Numbered from the stretch's first letter, positions 48,965 through 59,740 are shown. The stretch: 64,000 nt of DNA from an uncultured archaeon (GCA_964534625.1 CAZHRF010000002.1:54723-118722); one strand, 5' to 3'. The notes: generated from the letters alone by a model not told the origin. Translations and numbers: made by a program.

Positions 48965-49567
48965 ATGTATATACACAACGTACCTAGCCTTAAGGAAGAT
49001 TATGATATGATTCGTAGAGACCAACTTGATGATCTAGAAGCACGGGCATTGTTAGATAATACAATGCGTCAAGCAGCAAAAATGTATGCTTTAGAGAGTG
49101 GTAAGCTTGTTCAGATCAATGAGGTTATTAGGTTACGAGAATTTTCTGCTCTATTAGGTTTGATAATAGCCTATAGTGCTGGTAGTTTTATGAGTTTAGA
49201 TCGTTTTAAAATAGAAGATTTTCATCCTATTAGGTATAAGAGGATAATAAACAGGTTAAATTGTCAAAGTGGACAAATTCAAGGGGCTTTGATGATGGAA
49301 TTACTGCGGATACGGGATAAAACAAAACTTAGTAAATATGATATTATAAGAAAAATCCAAAAGAAATATTTCAGTAATAAGCCTATTGGGACTAAAGATA
49401 TAACAGAATCTTTGAATCGTATACTTCGAAAAACTTTTGATGAATATTTTTGGTTTGATGGAAGGTATTTCCGTAAGGGTAAATTTGATGTAAGGATTAT
49501 CCAACTACCTCCAGAAACAAGATATGAAATAGGGAAAATAACTCTTGATAATGTAATTAAAATATAA
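48965..49567 (+). CDS. Hypothetical basic protein
   Basis: 200-aa ORF with no recognised family. Confidence 0.7.
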   Translation: MYIHNVPSLKEDYDMIRRDQLDDLEARALLDNTMRQAAKMYALESGKLVQINEVIRLREFSALLGLIIAYSAGSFMSLDRFKIEDFHPIRYKRIINRLNCQSGQIQGALMMELLRIRDKTKLSKYDIIRKIQKKYFSNKPIGTKDITESLNRILRKTFDEYFWFDGRYFRKGKFDVRIIQLPPETRYEIGKITLDNVIKI

Positions 49568-49693
49568 CCAGCAAAAAGGAATACTTTCTGAAAATTCTCT
49601 CATCTCTTTTATAAACTGGTCTAGAATTAAGCATATTTAATATAATACACTTTTTGCTTGTATATATTAAGATTAGAAAACCTATTAATTTAG

Positions 49694-50170
49694 GTGTTTA
49701 AATACTCACTAATGACAGAAAAATGGCGTTGTGTTGTTGAATCTTTAACTAAAAAAGGAAAAATAACTCCTGTTGATTTCAATTTTATCGATTATGAATC
49801 TGTTGTTGGTAAACCTGCGTTTTTGAATGCAGATTATTATTCTAAACTTATTAATAATGCTAAAAAATATGAGAAATATGCATTAACTGGGGGATTACTT
49901 GAACTAGAACATCCCTCTGGTGAGGATTATTCTGACAAAAATTTTTATGCTGTTTTTGGTGTGAACTCCCAAGATCTTCTTTTAGCTATATTACTAGGAC
50001 AACGAGACGATGATACATATGAGTTAGTTGGTTTTAATCCAGAATTTTTACGATCACAAATAGAAAAAGACCCCAAAATTATTTTAAGAATAGCTGTGGC
50101 ATTGGTTAAACGTCCTAATGATTGGAAAAAAGTTCAAATAATGGCCCGTGGCATTAAAAGTAAAAAATGA
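49694..50170 (+). CDS. Hypothetical protein
   Basis: 158-aa alpha/beta ORF; may start at MTEKW. Confidence 0.7.
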   Translation: MFKYSLMTEKWRCVVESLTKKGKITPVDFNFIDYESVVGKPAFLNADYYSKLINNAKKYEKYALTGGLLELEHPSGEDYSDKNFYAVFGVNSQDLLLAILLGQRDDDTYELVGFNPEFLRSQIEKDPKIILRIAVALVKRPNDWKKVQIMARGIKSKK

Positions 50171-50215
50171 TGAAATACGAGAAAGGTAAAATAATTTTCC
50201 TTTTTAAGAATAGAT

Positions 50216-50974
50216 TTATTGCCCTCTCAGATATTCTAATCTTTGTGAAACAGCAAGTTTTGTAAGTTGTTGGATTGGTCTAACTATTAACCAAACAGAA
50301 TCTGGACGTTTTGCGATACTGAGACGATTATTAACTAAATACTCTGAACGATTTGAAGAGTTGAGTATTTCAATTAGATCATTACGTGCATTTAAACAAC
50401 TACCGGTCATTACATAATTAGCTGTTTGTTGTTCTGGGATTGCATCATGTTCAGCTAAAACTCTAATGAATGCTCTTTTATCTGTTCTTTGTTCAGAAGA
50501 CAAATCTGATTTATTTATAAAGGCTACAACCGGTATCTTTTTCCCAAACTTCTCACCAACAAAATCTTTGGCCTCTCTAATCGTTTTAAGATTTTGATCC
50601 CATGCACTTTTTTCATAATTAAGTACCAATAAAACAGCATCAGCACCTTTCATTACTATCTCTCTTTGAACCTTATGTCTCTCTTCTCCTGGTATAGTCC
50701 AAATCTGATATCGTAACCTATCAAACTTCTTTCCTTTAAAAGGAGGAGTTTGAAAAACACCTTGATCAAAGAAAACTGTACGGCCAGACACATCTTGAAT
50801 CTTTGTTAATGAAGAGACAATTGTATCGGGATTTTCCATCCTTCTCAACGCATTAAATACTGTAACCATACTTGTTTTACCAGCCATTGTGGGACCAAAT
50901 AAAACGATTTTTAGATTTGGAACACCTTCGCGGTCCACTGAGAAAATATTACTTAAGTCTAAATCAGCACTCAT
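50216..50974 (-). CDS. MglA-like small GTPase (paralog 2)
   Basis: KIVLFGPTMAGKTS, GRTVFFD, WTIPGE, GADAVLLV, INKSDL. Colinear with 43857..44624. Confidence 0.88.
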   Translation of the reverse strand: MSADLDLSNIFSVDREGVPNLKIVLFGPTMAGKTSMVTVFNALRRMENPDTIVSSLTKIQDVSGRTVFFDQGVFQTPPFKGKKFDRLRYQIWTIPGEERHKVQREIVMKGADAVLLVLNYEKSAWDQNLKTIREAKDFVGEKFGKKIPVVAFINKSDLSSEQRTDKRAFIRVLAEHDAIPEQQTANYVMTGSCLNARNDLIEILNSSNRSEYLVNNRLSIAKRPDSVWLIVRPIQQLTKLAVSQRLEYLRGQ

Positions 50975-51042
50975 AATGAATAATTTTTTCTAATCTTATA
51001 TAAATATAACTTCTTAAGGACGACTGGATAGAAAAGAAAAGC

Positions 51043-53283
51043 TTATTTTCTTTTTACGTCTATACATATCGCTAGAAGTAAGAAAGACAGCCAAATTGTT
51101 ATCCCTAATTGAAATGAGACAAAAGTTGTTGGAGTTGAGCAACCAACAAAAATCGTTGTTTTATTAGTTTCAATTGATCTTTCAGCATATTTGAACCTGA
51201 CAGTAAATGAATAATAACCCGAAGGCTTATCGGATAAATCTATATTAGAACTTTGCCAGTTGTTAGTAATGGGGCTATAAGATAAAAGAATATAGTCATT
51301 TAAAGAATCATCATCTTCAAAATAAAGAAAAAGAGTTACTTCTGCTTTTTGGGCAAATAGTTCTCTAGAGATTAATTGTGTGTAAGACGCATTTACTGAT
51401 ACTGCATATATATGTGCTGTGTTTTCTAAGTATTCTGGTTCATCTATAGTTAACAAATGTTGAACGGATATTTCTTCTTCATATTTCTTCAATCCATAGA
51501 CATTTTCTCCGTTAACTGAAACATGAATATTATATGTGCTTTCGTCAAAGGATTGTAAGGAGGCGTTAATATTCCATTTTAAATCAGAAGAATAGTTCAT
51601 CAACATTTCAGTGTACAGTTTGTTTTCCCAACTGTCTATAAATTGTATAAAGACATCTAAATTATTGTCTGCAGTAATTTCTGTCCCGTTTGGATAAGAA
51701 ATTTTAAGATCAAAAATCGAAAAGATCCATTCATTAGGTTCATATTTTAAGATATCATTTTGAAAATTAAGTGCAACTCCTGGAGATATTGAATAACTCA
51801 AATATTCATAATATCCTAAACCAAATTGTTCATTCCAAGAAACTCGAGGTATTTTATTTTCCATCAATGATCGAACAACATAAACTGTTTGAATGTTAGT
51901 TCCATTTATTGATTTAACAATGGTAGAGCTATCCTTGCTGTTGATTTCTTGTGTGATAGAAAATCCTGTTTGATTCTTAACTATGACCGATGTTCCTAAA
52001 TAGTAATTTATTGGGGTATCAATTGAAAATATTACATTATCAGGAGCATTGTCCATCTTTGAGACGCTCATCCCATAGTATCTATGATGTGTTTCTTTCG
52101 AAACAGGATATGATTCACTTAACTGATAATCCATTATTTTAAAATCTATATTGTCGAATCCATATATCCCTGTATCAATACTTGGTTCATCAATTGTTAA
52201 AGCTGTTATCCAATTCAAGTATAATTGATTAAAACTGATAGTGTGTCCATTGTTATTTAAAGAATGTCCAATACCTTCTGCCCCTACAAAAGTATTAGAT
52301 ACAATATCTTTAACTGTGTTTGCCCCATATTTTTCTGCTATGTAAAACATGAAAAGATAAGCTCCGCCATAGTCTATCGTGACATCATACCCGCTTTCAG
52401 AATAATAATTCCAGAAAAGTAGTGAATCTTGTGAATTATACTTGAAATTGTTTGTAAAGGGAGTTAAATTTGAGTTACTTAAATATCCTGTAACATAGGT
52501 TGCTAATTCTGCACATCCCTCATCAACAAACCATAATTCATATGGGTCATGATTAAAGTGAATAAGATGCTGGAATTCATGCGTCAATACAGAAAACCGT
52601 TGGTTTCCAGTTAAATAGTCGAAATTTACATGAACCAGCTCTCTTTCATTTGAATAGGGATTACTATTTGTTCTTGCATATTCGTGAGTGGGATCAAAAT
52701 AACCTGCCACGTCTCCATCTAATGAAATTAGGAAAATAGTAACTCGTGGATCTCCATCTATATCCCCTAAATAACCATCTGGATGACCAAAGTATTGTAT
52801 GTTCATAGGATAAATATTTGTTTCAAAATGATCCCGGTATGTTTCTGCTTTGCTTTTAGCTCCTGAAAACCCAGCTGAATCTATATTTTTTGTCGCAACA
52901 TAAACATAGGAAAAATCTCCTATCGCTAGTAATTGTGCTTGAACTTTAATATAATTATAAGAAGTAGTTGTAAATGATTCTATCGTCCAAAAATCTATTG
53001 TTTGGTACAGTTCGTCACTTTTTTTTATTAGTGTCTCTGGGCTTGAGGTACTTGGAAGTTTGTTTTGCTTCTTTAAACTATCCATTCTTTTATTGACTTG
53101 AGCTTTGAGAATCTGTGTTGGGTTGGAAGGATCTAATTCATACAAGTCTTGGACAAGAGAGTTGCTAGTGTTCATCTCTTCTGTTCTGTCAAGATTCACA
53201 TAAGTGTTTGTATTTGCTGAATTTAGTCCAGCTGACATAATACATATGCCAATGATTAAGGTCAATATTACATTCTTGTCCAT
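51043..53283 (-). CDS. Secreted zinc metallopeptidase (M30/hyicolysin-like) with C-terminal anchor
   Basis: Signal peptide, DIDGDPRV, AGYF, SNERE, THEFQHLIH, WFVDEGCAE, DYGGAYLF, C-terminal TM followed by KRK. Confidence 0.85.
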   Translation of the reverse strand: MDKNVILTLIIGICIMSAGLNSANTNTYVNLDRTEEMNTSNSLVQDLYELDPSNPTQILKAQVNKRMDSLKKQNKLPSTSSPETLIKKSDELYQTIDFWTIESFTTTSYNYIKVQAQLLAIGDFSYVYVATKNIDSAGFSGAKSKAETYRDHFETNIYPMNIQYFGHPDGYLGDIDGDPRVTIFLISLDGDVAGYFDPTHEYARTNSNPYSNERELVHVNFDYLTGNQRFSVLTHEFQHLIHFNHDPYELWFVDEGCAELATYVTGYLSNSNLTPFTNNFKYNSQDSLLFWNYYSESGYDVTIDYGGAYLFMFYIAEKYGANTVKDIVSNTFVGAEGIGHSLNNNGHTISFNQLYLNWITALTIDEPSIDTGIYGFDNIDFKIMDYQLSESYPVSKETHHRYYGMSVSKMDNAPDNVIFSIDTPINYYLGTSVIVKNQTGFSITQEINSKDSSTIVKSINGTNIQTVYVVRSLMENKIPRVSWNEQFGLGYYEYLSYSISPGVALNFQNDILKYEPNEWIFSIFDLKISYPNGTEITADNNLDVFIQFIDSWENKLYTEMLMNYSSDLKWNINASLQSFDESTYNIHVSVNGENVYGLKKYEEEISVQHLLTIDEPEYLENTAHIYAVSVNASYTQLISRELFAQKAEVTLFLYFEDDDSLNDYILLSYSPITNNWQSSNIDLSDKPSGYYSFTVRFKYAERSIETNKTTIFVGCSTPTTFVSFQLGITIWLSFLLLAICIDVKRK

Positions 53284-53406
53284 TTTTCTCTAATCAAGGT
53301 AAAACCCTAAGCGCTTATAATGTTTGTCTAGTATCAACTCTTGAACAAAAATAATTATCACACATGATTATCTTTACCATTTTTTAAAAATATGATTGAA
53401 GAAAAT

Positions 53407-54180
53407 CTATCCTGATGGAGAATAGTAGAAGTTTGTTTGCAGACCTACTATTGTTGTTACGATTACATTAACTAAGAGCAAGGACAAAGAAAGTAACATG
53501 AGTTTTGTTGAAAAAATTTCTTTTCTTGCTGTTTTTTTTGCTTTTTCCATTTCTTTTCCCCAATATGTGTTTTCATCACGTTTAAACTCCCAATACTCTT
53601 GGTAATCTTCTTCATCCGCATCTGGATCACAAATGACTTTGATTTCATCTTTCATCAATTTATTCTCGTGATTTTTAGCTTCAGCTTTAATTGATAATGC
53701 AATTAAATTCTGAGGAGGTGATTTGAAGATTTTAGGTACAACATGGACATTATCTTTTCCCTTTTTTGATTTAACTTTTTTATGGTTAACAAAAATCTCA
53801 ATACTATTTTCTTGGACAAATTTTGGGTTATATTTTACGCTAATCTGGAAATTAGCAGGTATAACTGTTTGATCCTCAGGTTCATTTATACGTATTTTGG
53901 GTGGGGGATTGTATCTTGATAATCCTCCCATACATCCTCCAATGATTAAAATGATTCCAGGGATAGTTATCATGGACCACTCAAAAAATGCCCAAGGATT
54001 AAATTGGAAGAAATAAAGAAGAATACAAAAAATTGCATCTAAGAATAATATTATAGTCCCCCATTTGAGTACAAATAAACCATATGATCGCCATTTTTCT
54101 TTTCGAGATAGATTTAGATAGTCTGGTTTATCTTCCTCCCTATTTCCCTTGTTTTTCTTATTTTTCTTTAATGTATTCAT
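53407..54180 (-). CDS. Hypothetical membrane protein with Ig-like soluble domain
   Basis: Two N-terminal TMs, a beta-rich domain (PPKIRINEP...) and a C-terminal TM. Confidence 0.75.
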   Translation of the reverse strand: MNTLKKNKKNKGNREEDKPDYLNLSRKEKWRSYGLFVLKWGTIILFLDAIFCILLYFFQFNPWAFFEWSMITIPGIILIIGGCMGGLSRYNPPPKIRINEPEDQTVIPANFQISVKYNPKFVQENSIEIFVNHKKVKSKKGKDNVHVVPKIFKSPPQNLIALSIKAEAKNHENKLMKDEIKVICDPDADEEDYQEYWEFKRDENTYWGKEMEKAKKTARKEIFSTKLMLLSLSLLLVNVIVTTIVGLQTNFYYSPSG

Positions 54181-54195
54181 ACTTGAATGCCTCTA

Positions 54196-54465
54196 TCAAT
54201 CTGTGATGATGTATTTGAAAGATGTATATGAATAATAGATTAGAAGAATAGATAGATGAATGCCTAAAAACGCCCCTACCATTGGATTACTTTCGCCTTC
54301 TATTTCGATATTTCTAAATGCAGCGTAAACAAATAAAGCTCCACCACTAAATAGAAAAGTAACACTTAAAGCTAGTGCAGTCATCATTTTAATTACAATG
54401 AGATCAAACAAGGGATCTGGTTTTGGTTTTTTTTCCTTTTCTTTTTTATTATTCTGTTTCTTCAT
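54196..54465 (-). CDS. Small two-TM membrane protein
   Basis: Basic N-terminus, two hydrophobic segments, co-oriented with its neighbours. Confidence 0.7.
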   Translation of the reverse strand: MKKQNNKKEKEKKPKPDPLFDLIVIKMMTALALSVTFLFSGGALFVYAAFRNIEIEGESNPMVGAFLGIHLSILLIYYSYTSFKYIITD

Positions 54466-54553
54466 ATTATCAATCCATTAGTCTCATATCCTAATATAGT
54501 GTATCGATATCTATATATTAAGGTCATGTTAATACAAGTGATCTCATAGTTCC

Positions 54554-55414
54554 TCATTTATCATCTTGTACTAAGATGATCTGTTTACCTTCTTTTTTGA
54601 TTCTTATGTCTCTCTGTAATTTCAAGGAACTTATAATGTGTTTAGGTAATTGAATACTGCCATAGGTGTCAATGTACACATGATTAAGATCTTCTAATCT
54701 CTTTATTTTCTCAGTTGGCATGTAACCAGATATCCTTCCATCGACTATTTGTATTAAACGATCTGAATTTCTTGCTACCTCCATTTCATGTGTAACCATA
54801 ATCGCTGTGATACCATATTCTTTGTTCAATCTTTTAAAGTAGTTCATAATCTCTTGAGTTGTAACTGAATCTAATTCTCCCGTTGGTTCATCAGCAAGTA
54901 ATAATGATGGGTTATTAGCTAATGCAGTAGCTAAACCAGCTCTTTGCACTTGACCACCCGAAAGTTGAATTGGTTTATGATGTATTCTATTACCCAATCC
55001 TACTTCTTTAAGTAATTCTTTAGCTCTTGTTATTCTAGTTTCTCTTGGAAAACCAAGTAAGCGCATGGGTATTTCTACATTTTCAAGGATAGAGATCTCA
55101 TAGATGAGATTCCTACTAGGTAGCTGCCACAAGGTTCCTACTCTTTTTCGCCTATATTCTGTACGTTCTTGATCGTTAAAATGATCTAATCGCAAATTAC
55201 CAACTCTAACTGTCCCTGAACTGACGCTAGCCATACCTGCTAAGATCAGAAGAAGAGTTGTCTTTCCACTTCCAGATGGGCCAATAATAGAAATGAACTC
55301 GCCTTTTTTTACATCTAGTTCAATGCTACGTAATGCGGGGACATGTATATTTGTTTCTTTTGAGTGATAAATTTTTATTAAATCACGAATCTCAATAAAC
55401 GAATCTTTACTCAT
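54554..55414 (-). CDS. LolD/MacB-type ABC ATPase with C-terminal AbrB-like domain
   Basis: GPSGSGKT, LSGGQVQR, LADEPTGELDS, VTHE. Tail VYIDTYGSIQLPKHI...IRIKKEGKQIIL. Confidence 0.9.
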   Translation of the reverse strand: MSKDSFIEIRDLIKIYHSKETNIHVPALRSIELDVKKGEFISIIGPSGSGKTTLLLILAGMASVSSGTVRVGNLRLDHFNDQERTEYRRKRVGTLWQLPSRNLIYEISILENVEIPMRLLGFPRETRITRAKELLKEVGLGNRIHHKPIQLSGGQVQRAGLATALANNPSLLLADEPTGELDSVTTQEIMNYFKRLNKEYGITAIMVTHEMEVARNSDRLIQIVDGRISGYMPTEKIKRLEDLNHVYIDTYGSIQLPKHIISSLKLQRDIRIKKEGKQIILVQDDK

Positions 55415-55425
55415 CTTTACTCACC

Positions 55426-58400
55426 TTATCCACTCTGTCTTAATTCTGAACCTACCTCTTTCTTTGCGTGTTGTATAGAAGGTACTATTGCTCCAATCAT
55501 CGTTGAAATTGAAAGAACCACCATAACTATAATTACTGTTATAAACGGATAAACCATTTGAAATGGCGGAACTGTCCGATTTACAGTTAGAATTATCATG
55601 AACATCCTGGAGGTTAATAATCCTCCAAAAAGACCAATAATAATTGAAAAAATTAATAGTAGTATATATTCAGCTAAAAATAATCGTATAAGCTGATTTG
55701 TTGTAATACCTATCGCTTTCATGGTGGCAACTTCTCTTGATTTTTCTATGAGTTGTATAGATGCAAATAAAGCTAGTATTATTGCATTTATAGTAAAGGA
55801 CATGATAAGAGTAGAATTAATAGCAGAATAAAGGATAGATGATCTGGCTGTATTGGGTTTTACAAAAATTTGTTCATTAACATTTTGTATTTCTTTATTT
55901 CCAATAATACCAGCTATTTCGTCACTTATATTATCTATATCTGAATCTTCTGCTACATCTATGTAGAGATAGTCTATCACATCAAAAGAATACACTTCTA
56001 TTTGATTCATAAATTCGAGATTGGTTATTAATTTGTAATTAATGCTTCTAACGTTGCCTGCATTTTCATCTTTTACTAATCTGGGCCAATAAGTAAATTT
56101 GTCTACTACTGTGACAGCTATTTCAGCGTAATAAAAAGGCGATCCTTGTGATGTACGTAATGATTCGTTATACGCTCTATATTTAATGGATATCTGATCA
56201 TCAACGTCACGCTTTAAATCATTAAGAATTGTTTCTCCAGCAAGAACATATGTTTCATTTGTGAGTTTTGCTATTAGCTCTTTATGTGATTTTGCTGCAA
56301 AGTCATCCCTAAAATAGGCTGTTTGTGCATATTCTGAACTGTTAATAGCAAGAACACTATACGTTATACTATAATCCCCAGACACATCTTGGAGATTTAC
56401 AAATCTTACATAAGCTGTAGAAGAAACACCTGAAATTTTTTCAATTTGATTTCTTAAATAAACATTTTCTTTTGGGAAATTTCTAACTACTATATCTGCT
56501 CCCAAATCATAATATGCACCATCATAATTGAATTTTTGATATGAAGCTGGTACTATGATGCAACTTATAACAATAGCAAATGATAAACAAAGTATGATAG
56601 AGGAACGAGAAAAACTGTGTTGATTTCTTAGAACTTGTTTAATACCTACAGTCACAACATTATTCTTGAGCTTTTCAGTTAATTTAATTAGTAATTTACC
56701 AAACCAAGGAAATAATCTTTGACTTACAAGGATTACACCAAACAGTATTAAAACAGCAGCTGGTATTCCAATGTACTTTGAAGTTGTTGCCCTAAATCCA
56801 CTTAATGCAGGCAGCTTAAACAATACCCATATTATAACACCAGTCGAAAGTATCATGAAATCAACGAAGTAATAGTAATATTTAGGCAATTTTTTTTCAA
56901 CTTGCCCATAATCTTCTACTTCTCTACTTTTTAGTAAAGTAAGTATGTTAAAGATTTGTATTAATAATATTGTTCCAATGCTTCCTAAAAGAGCAATTAT
57001 TACTGATGTGATATTCAATTGTAATTGAATGATTTCTAATTTGAAAGTCATAAAACCAGAACTCTTTGATAATAGAAGTGCTAAAGGTATACTTAAAGTA
57101 ATCCCTATTATCAAAGATAAGGAACCAAAAATAAAAGCTTCCAAAATAAGATAAGCAGCAATTTCTCTTTTTTTCGTACCTCGCTCAGATAAAATAGTTA
57201 ACTGTCTATCTCTTTTTTTACGAACGAGATTGGCTGCATATACTGTTAATATAATTGTCAAAATTATTATCGGAGCTAAAAATGAATAAATAAAAATCTG
57301 ATAGAGATTATATTCCTCTTGAAAACTTTCTATAGCATAAAGCAAGTAAGAGTTGATCTCAATTTGCGAATAAGAACCTAAAGTAAAGAATGAATCCTTC
57401 AATTCAAGAGTTATTTGTTTGAGTAATCTAATTTCGTCTCCAATATTAAACGAATCAATCAAAGAAACATCGTAGAACAGGTCTAAATACAAACTAGCTA
57501 CTGAACTTGTGAGAGCTATATTGCCAAGTATGTTGGCTGCAATTGGCCAATTTGCATATGCTACTCCACTAGCTGATAACTCAAAAAGACTTTCTAAAGG
57601 TATTTCCTTTTGTGATCTCAATATTTCATATGGTTCAATATCATCGATAAAAACTATACCTGAAACTGTTGCGTTGGTTTGGGCAGTAGGCATTGTAAGT
57701 GAGGCTTCTTTACTAAGTGAAACGGGTATATATAATGAAATAGTAGAATTTACATCAATATGAGAGTTATTATAAAAATCTGATGTTATAAGCAGTACAA
57801 CTTCACCTAGGTTTGTTGCGGGTTTTCCTATGTGAATATTATTCTGAATAAAACTATCTAACCTTCCCCCTCCTCCTATTAAAGGCATATTAGGAAGTGA
57901 ATACGATCCAGTTGAAGGATCTTTACTATAGGTAAAAGTACCACGTTTAAAAAATAGATCTTGTTGTAAAAATCTATCAGTGACATTCATTTTTTCTAAT
58001 GCTAGCTCTCCAATTCTATTGATTAATTGATATTGAGACATTTGTTGGCGAATCATTGTATTTTCTATCTCAACTTGTATATATGTTCTCGATTCTTCTT
58101 CCATATAAAGATCAAACGCTTGATATTGGTAGGAATAAATGAAAAAAACATATTGGGAAATGATTGTAACTGCCAGAGTTACTCCGATACAAGTAATCAG
58201 ACCATATTTCCAGCCTGCTTTGAATAAAGGTTTGAATATATGTAATCCTGGGATGAACAATAGAAGGAAAATATCTATTAATATTGGAAAAACGATAATC
58301 CAAGAAAAAAGAATGGCAATTACACTATAAAAATAATGTTTAATTCTATTGTTATTATCCATTGAATTAATGATATTGGTTGTTTTTTTGAGAGTAACAC

Positions 58401-58467
58401 GTGTTATGATAAATATGTTTTGTCTTATTTGTCTCTCTCTCTTAATTTGTTCAACATTATCACTCAT
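55426..58467 (-). CDS. FtsX/MacB-type ABC permease (duplicated)
   Basis: RDRQLTILSERG and SREVATMKAIG FtsX motifs, LGADIVV. Start uncertain (58467 or 58545). Confidence 0.88.
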   Translation of the reverse strand: MSDNVEQIKRERQIRQNIFIITRVTLKKTTNIINSMDNNNRIKHYFYSVIAILFSWIIVFPILIDIFLLLFIPGLHIFKPLFKAGWKYGLITCIGVTLAVTIISQYVFFIYSYQYQAFDLYMEEESRTYIQVEIENTMIRQQMSQYQLINRIGELALEKMNVTDRFLQQDLFFKRGTFTYSKDPSTGSYSLPNMPLIGGGGRLDSFIQNNIHIGKPATNLGEVVLLITSDFYNNSHIDVNSTISLYIPVSLSKEASLTMPTAQTNATVSGIVFIDDIEPYEILRSQKEIPLESLFELSASGVAYANWPIAANILGNIALTSSVASLYLDLFYDVSLIDSFNIGDEIRLLKQITLELKDSFFTLGSYSQIEINSYLLYAIESFQEEYNLYQIFIYSFLAPIIILTIILTVYAANLVRKKRDRQLTILSERGTKKREIAAYLILEAFIFGSLSLIIGITLSIPLALLLSKSSGFMTFKLEIIQLQLNITSVIIALLGSIGTILLIQIFNILTLLKSREVEDYGQVEKKLPKYYYYFVDFMILSTGVIIWVLFKLPALSGFRATTSKYIGIPAAVLILFGVILVSQRLFPWFGKLLIKLTEKLKNNVVTVGIKQVLRNQHSFSRSSIILCLSFAIVISCIIVPASYQKFNYDGAYYDLGADIVVRNFPKENVYLRNQIEKISGVSSTAYVRFVNLQDVSGDYSITYSVLAINSSEYAQTAYFRDDFAAKSHKELIAKLTNETYVLAGETILNDLKRDVDDQISIKYRAYNESLRTSQGSPFYYAEIAVTVVDKFTYWPRLVKDENAGNVRSINYKLITNLEFMNQIEVYSFDVIDYLYIDVAEDSDIDNISDEIAGIIGNKEIQNVNEQIFVKPNTARSSILYSAINSTLIMSFTINAIILALFASIQLIEKSREVATMKAIGITTNQLIRLFLAEYILLLIFSIIIGLFGGLLTSRMFMIILTVNRTVPPFQMVYPFITVIIVMVVLSISTMIGAIVPSIQHAKKEVGSELRQSG

Positions 58468-58657
58468 ATTATGTTCAGTAGCAGAAATATCTATAAATAT
58501 TATGTTGGAATAAAATAAAATGGTTTGATTACGGATAAAACCCATCTTTATTTTAGTTATTTGCTTAAATCAAAGATGACAAAGTATAAATTCAATCTAT
58601 TCTTACGACAACAATAACTAATAAATATTAGTTGCATTAATACATGATGTGAATATT

Positions 58658-59713
58658 ATGAGCCCAGTAGCAGAAATGACACGTGCTGTCGGTGTTGATT
58701 TAGGTACTAGTACCATTAAATTAATTTCAGGGGAAAAAATGTTTAAACTACCTTCAGTTATTGGTACACCTAACCCTGGATGGGGTGGCATGTCTCAAGA
58801 TAAAACATGGCAAAATAATTTGATTATTGAAGATGTTAATAAAAGTGAATTATATATTGGCGAATTAGCAAGGCTTCAAAGTGAAATAAGAAAACCTTTA
58901 GCATCTGAAGGCAAAATGAAATCTATTGATAACAGCCTTTTGGCTCTTAAAGCTGCTCTAAGTTTGACAATGGAATCTACTTATGAACAATTTATAGTCG
59001 CAACTGGTGTTCCAATTGCCACAGGAATTGAGGAAAGCAAAATGCTTAGTAAGGGATTAAAAGGCACGCATGAGATCAAGGTTAGAAATGATGCCACAGG
59101 TGAAACTAAGAATCTAAAAATCTTAATTGAACAAGCTTATGTCTTACCTGAACCCTATGGTACCTACTACACCACATTAAAGGATTTAGGTGTTAAGTCC
59201 GCAGTTGATTCTGTAATCGTTGATATTGGACATGGTACTACAGATCTATTATGCATGTATAAGGGAAATATGATGAGAGCTGCATCTGGCTCTTTAGAAG
59301 AAGCAACTGACAGTTTAACCAATGCTTTAGCAAGAGCAATACAAGAGAAAACAGGTAAGATAATTAGGCCTTTTGATTTAATGAAGGCTATAGAAGAAGG
59401 AAAACGTCAAGTTTTAGTTACAGGTAAGGCTTTAGATATTGGTTCTGCTATTGATCAAGCCGTTGCGTCGATTTCTGAAGTAATAATTGATGAAACGAAC
59501 CGTTTACTTAACAATTTACCACCAGATGCGTGGATTGAGAAAGTCATTGTTTGTGGTGGTGGCGCATATATCTTTGGTTCATATCTCAAACAAGCTTTCT
59601 TCGAAGCAGATATCGTTAAATCAATTGAAGAAGTTATCATTCCAGAAAACTCTGTTATGTCAAACGCAAGAGGTTTTGAGCAAATAGCAAATGCCAAACT
59701 AAAAAAGAAATAA
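58658..59713 (+). CDS. ParM/StbA-like actin-fold ATPase
   Basis: VGVDLGTSTIK, VATGVP, VLPEPYG, IVDIGHGTTD, VCGGGA, NARGF. Confidence 0.88.
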   Translation: MSPVAEMTRAVGVDLGTSTIKLISGEKMFKLPSVIGTPNPGWGGMSQDKTWQNNLIIEDVNKSELYIGELARLQSEIRKPLASEGKMKSIDNSLLALKAALSLTMESTYEQFIVATGVPIATGIEESKMLSKGLKGTHEIKVRNDATGETKNLKILIEQAYVLPEPYGTYYTTLKDLGVKSAVDSVIVDIGHGTTDLLCMYKGNMMRAASGSLEEATDSLTNALARAIQEKTGKIIRPFDLMKAIEEGKRQVLVTGKALDIGSAIDQAVASISEVIIDETNRLLNNLPPDAWIEKVIVCGGGAYIFGSYLKQAFFEADIVKSIEEVIIPENSVMSNARGFEQIANAKLKKK

Positions 59714-59740
59714 AAATATCCTTTTTTTCTTCTCATTTTT

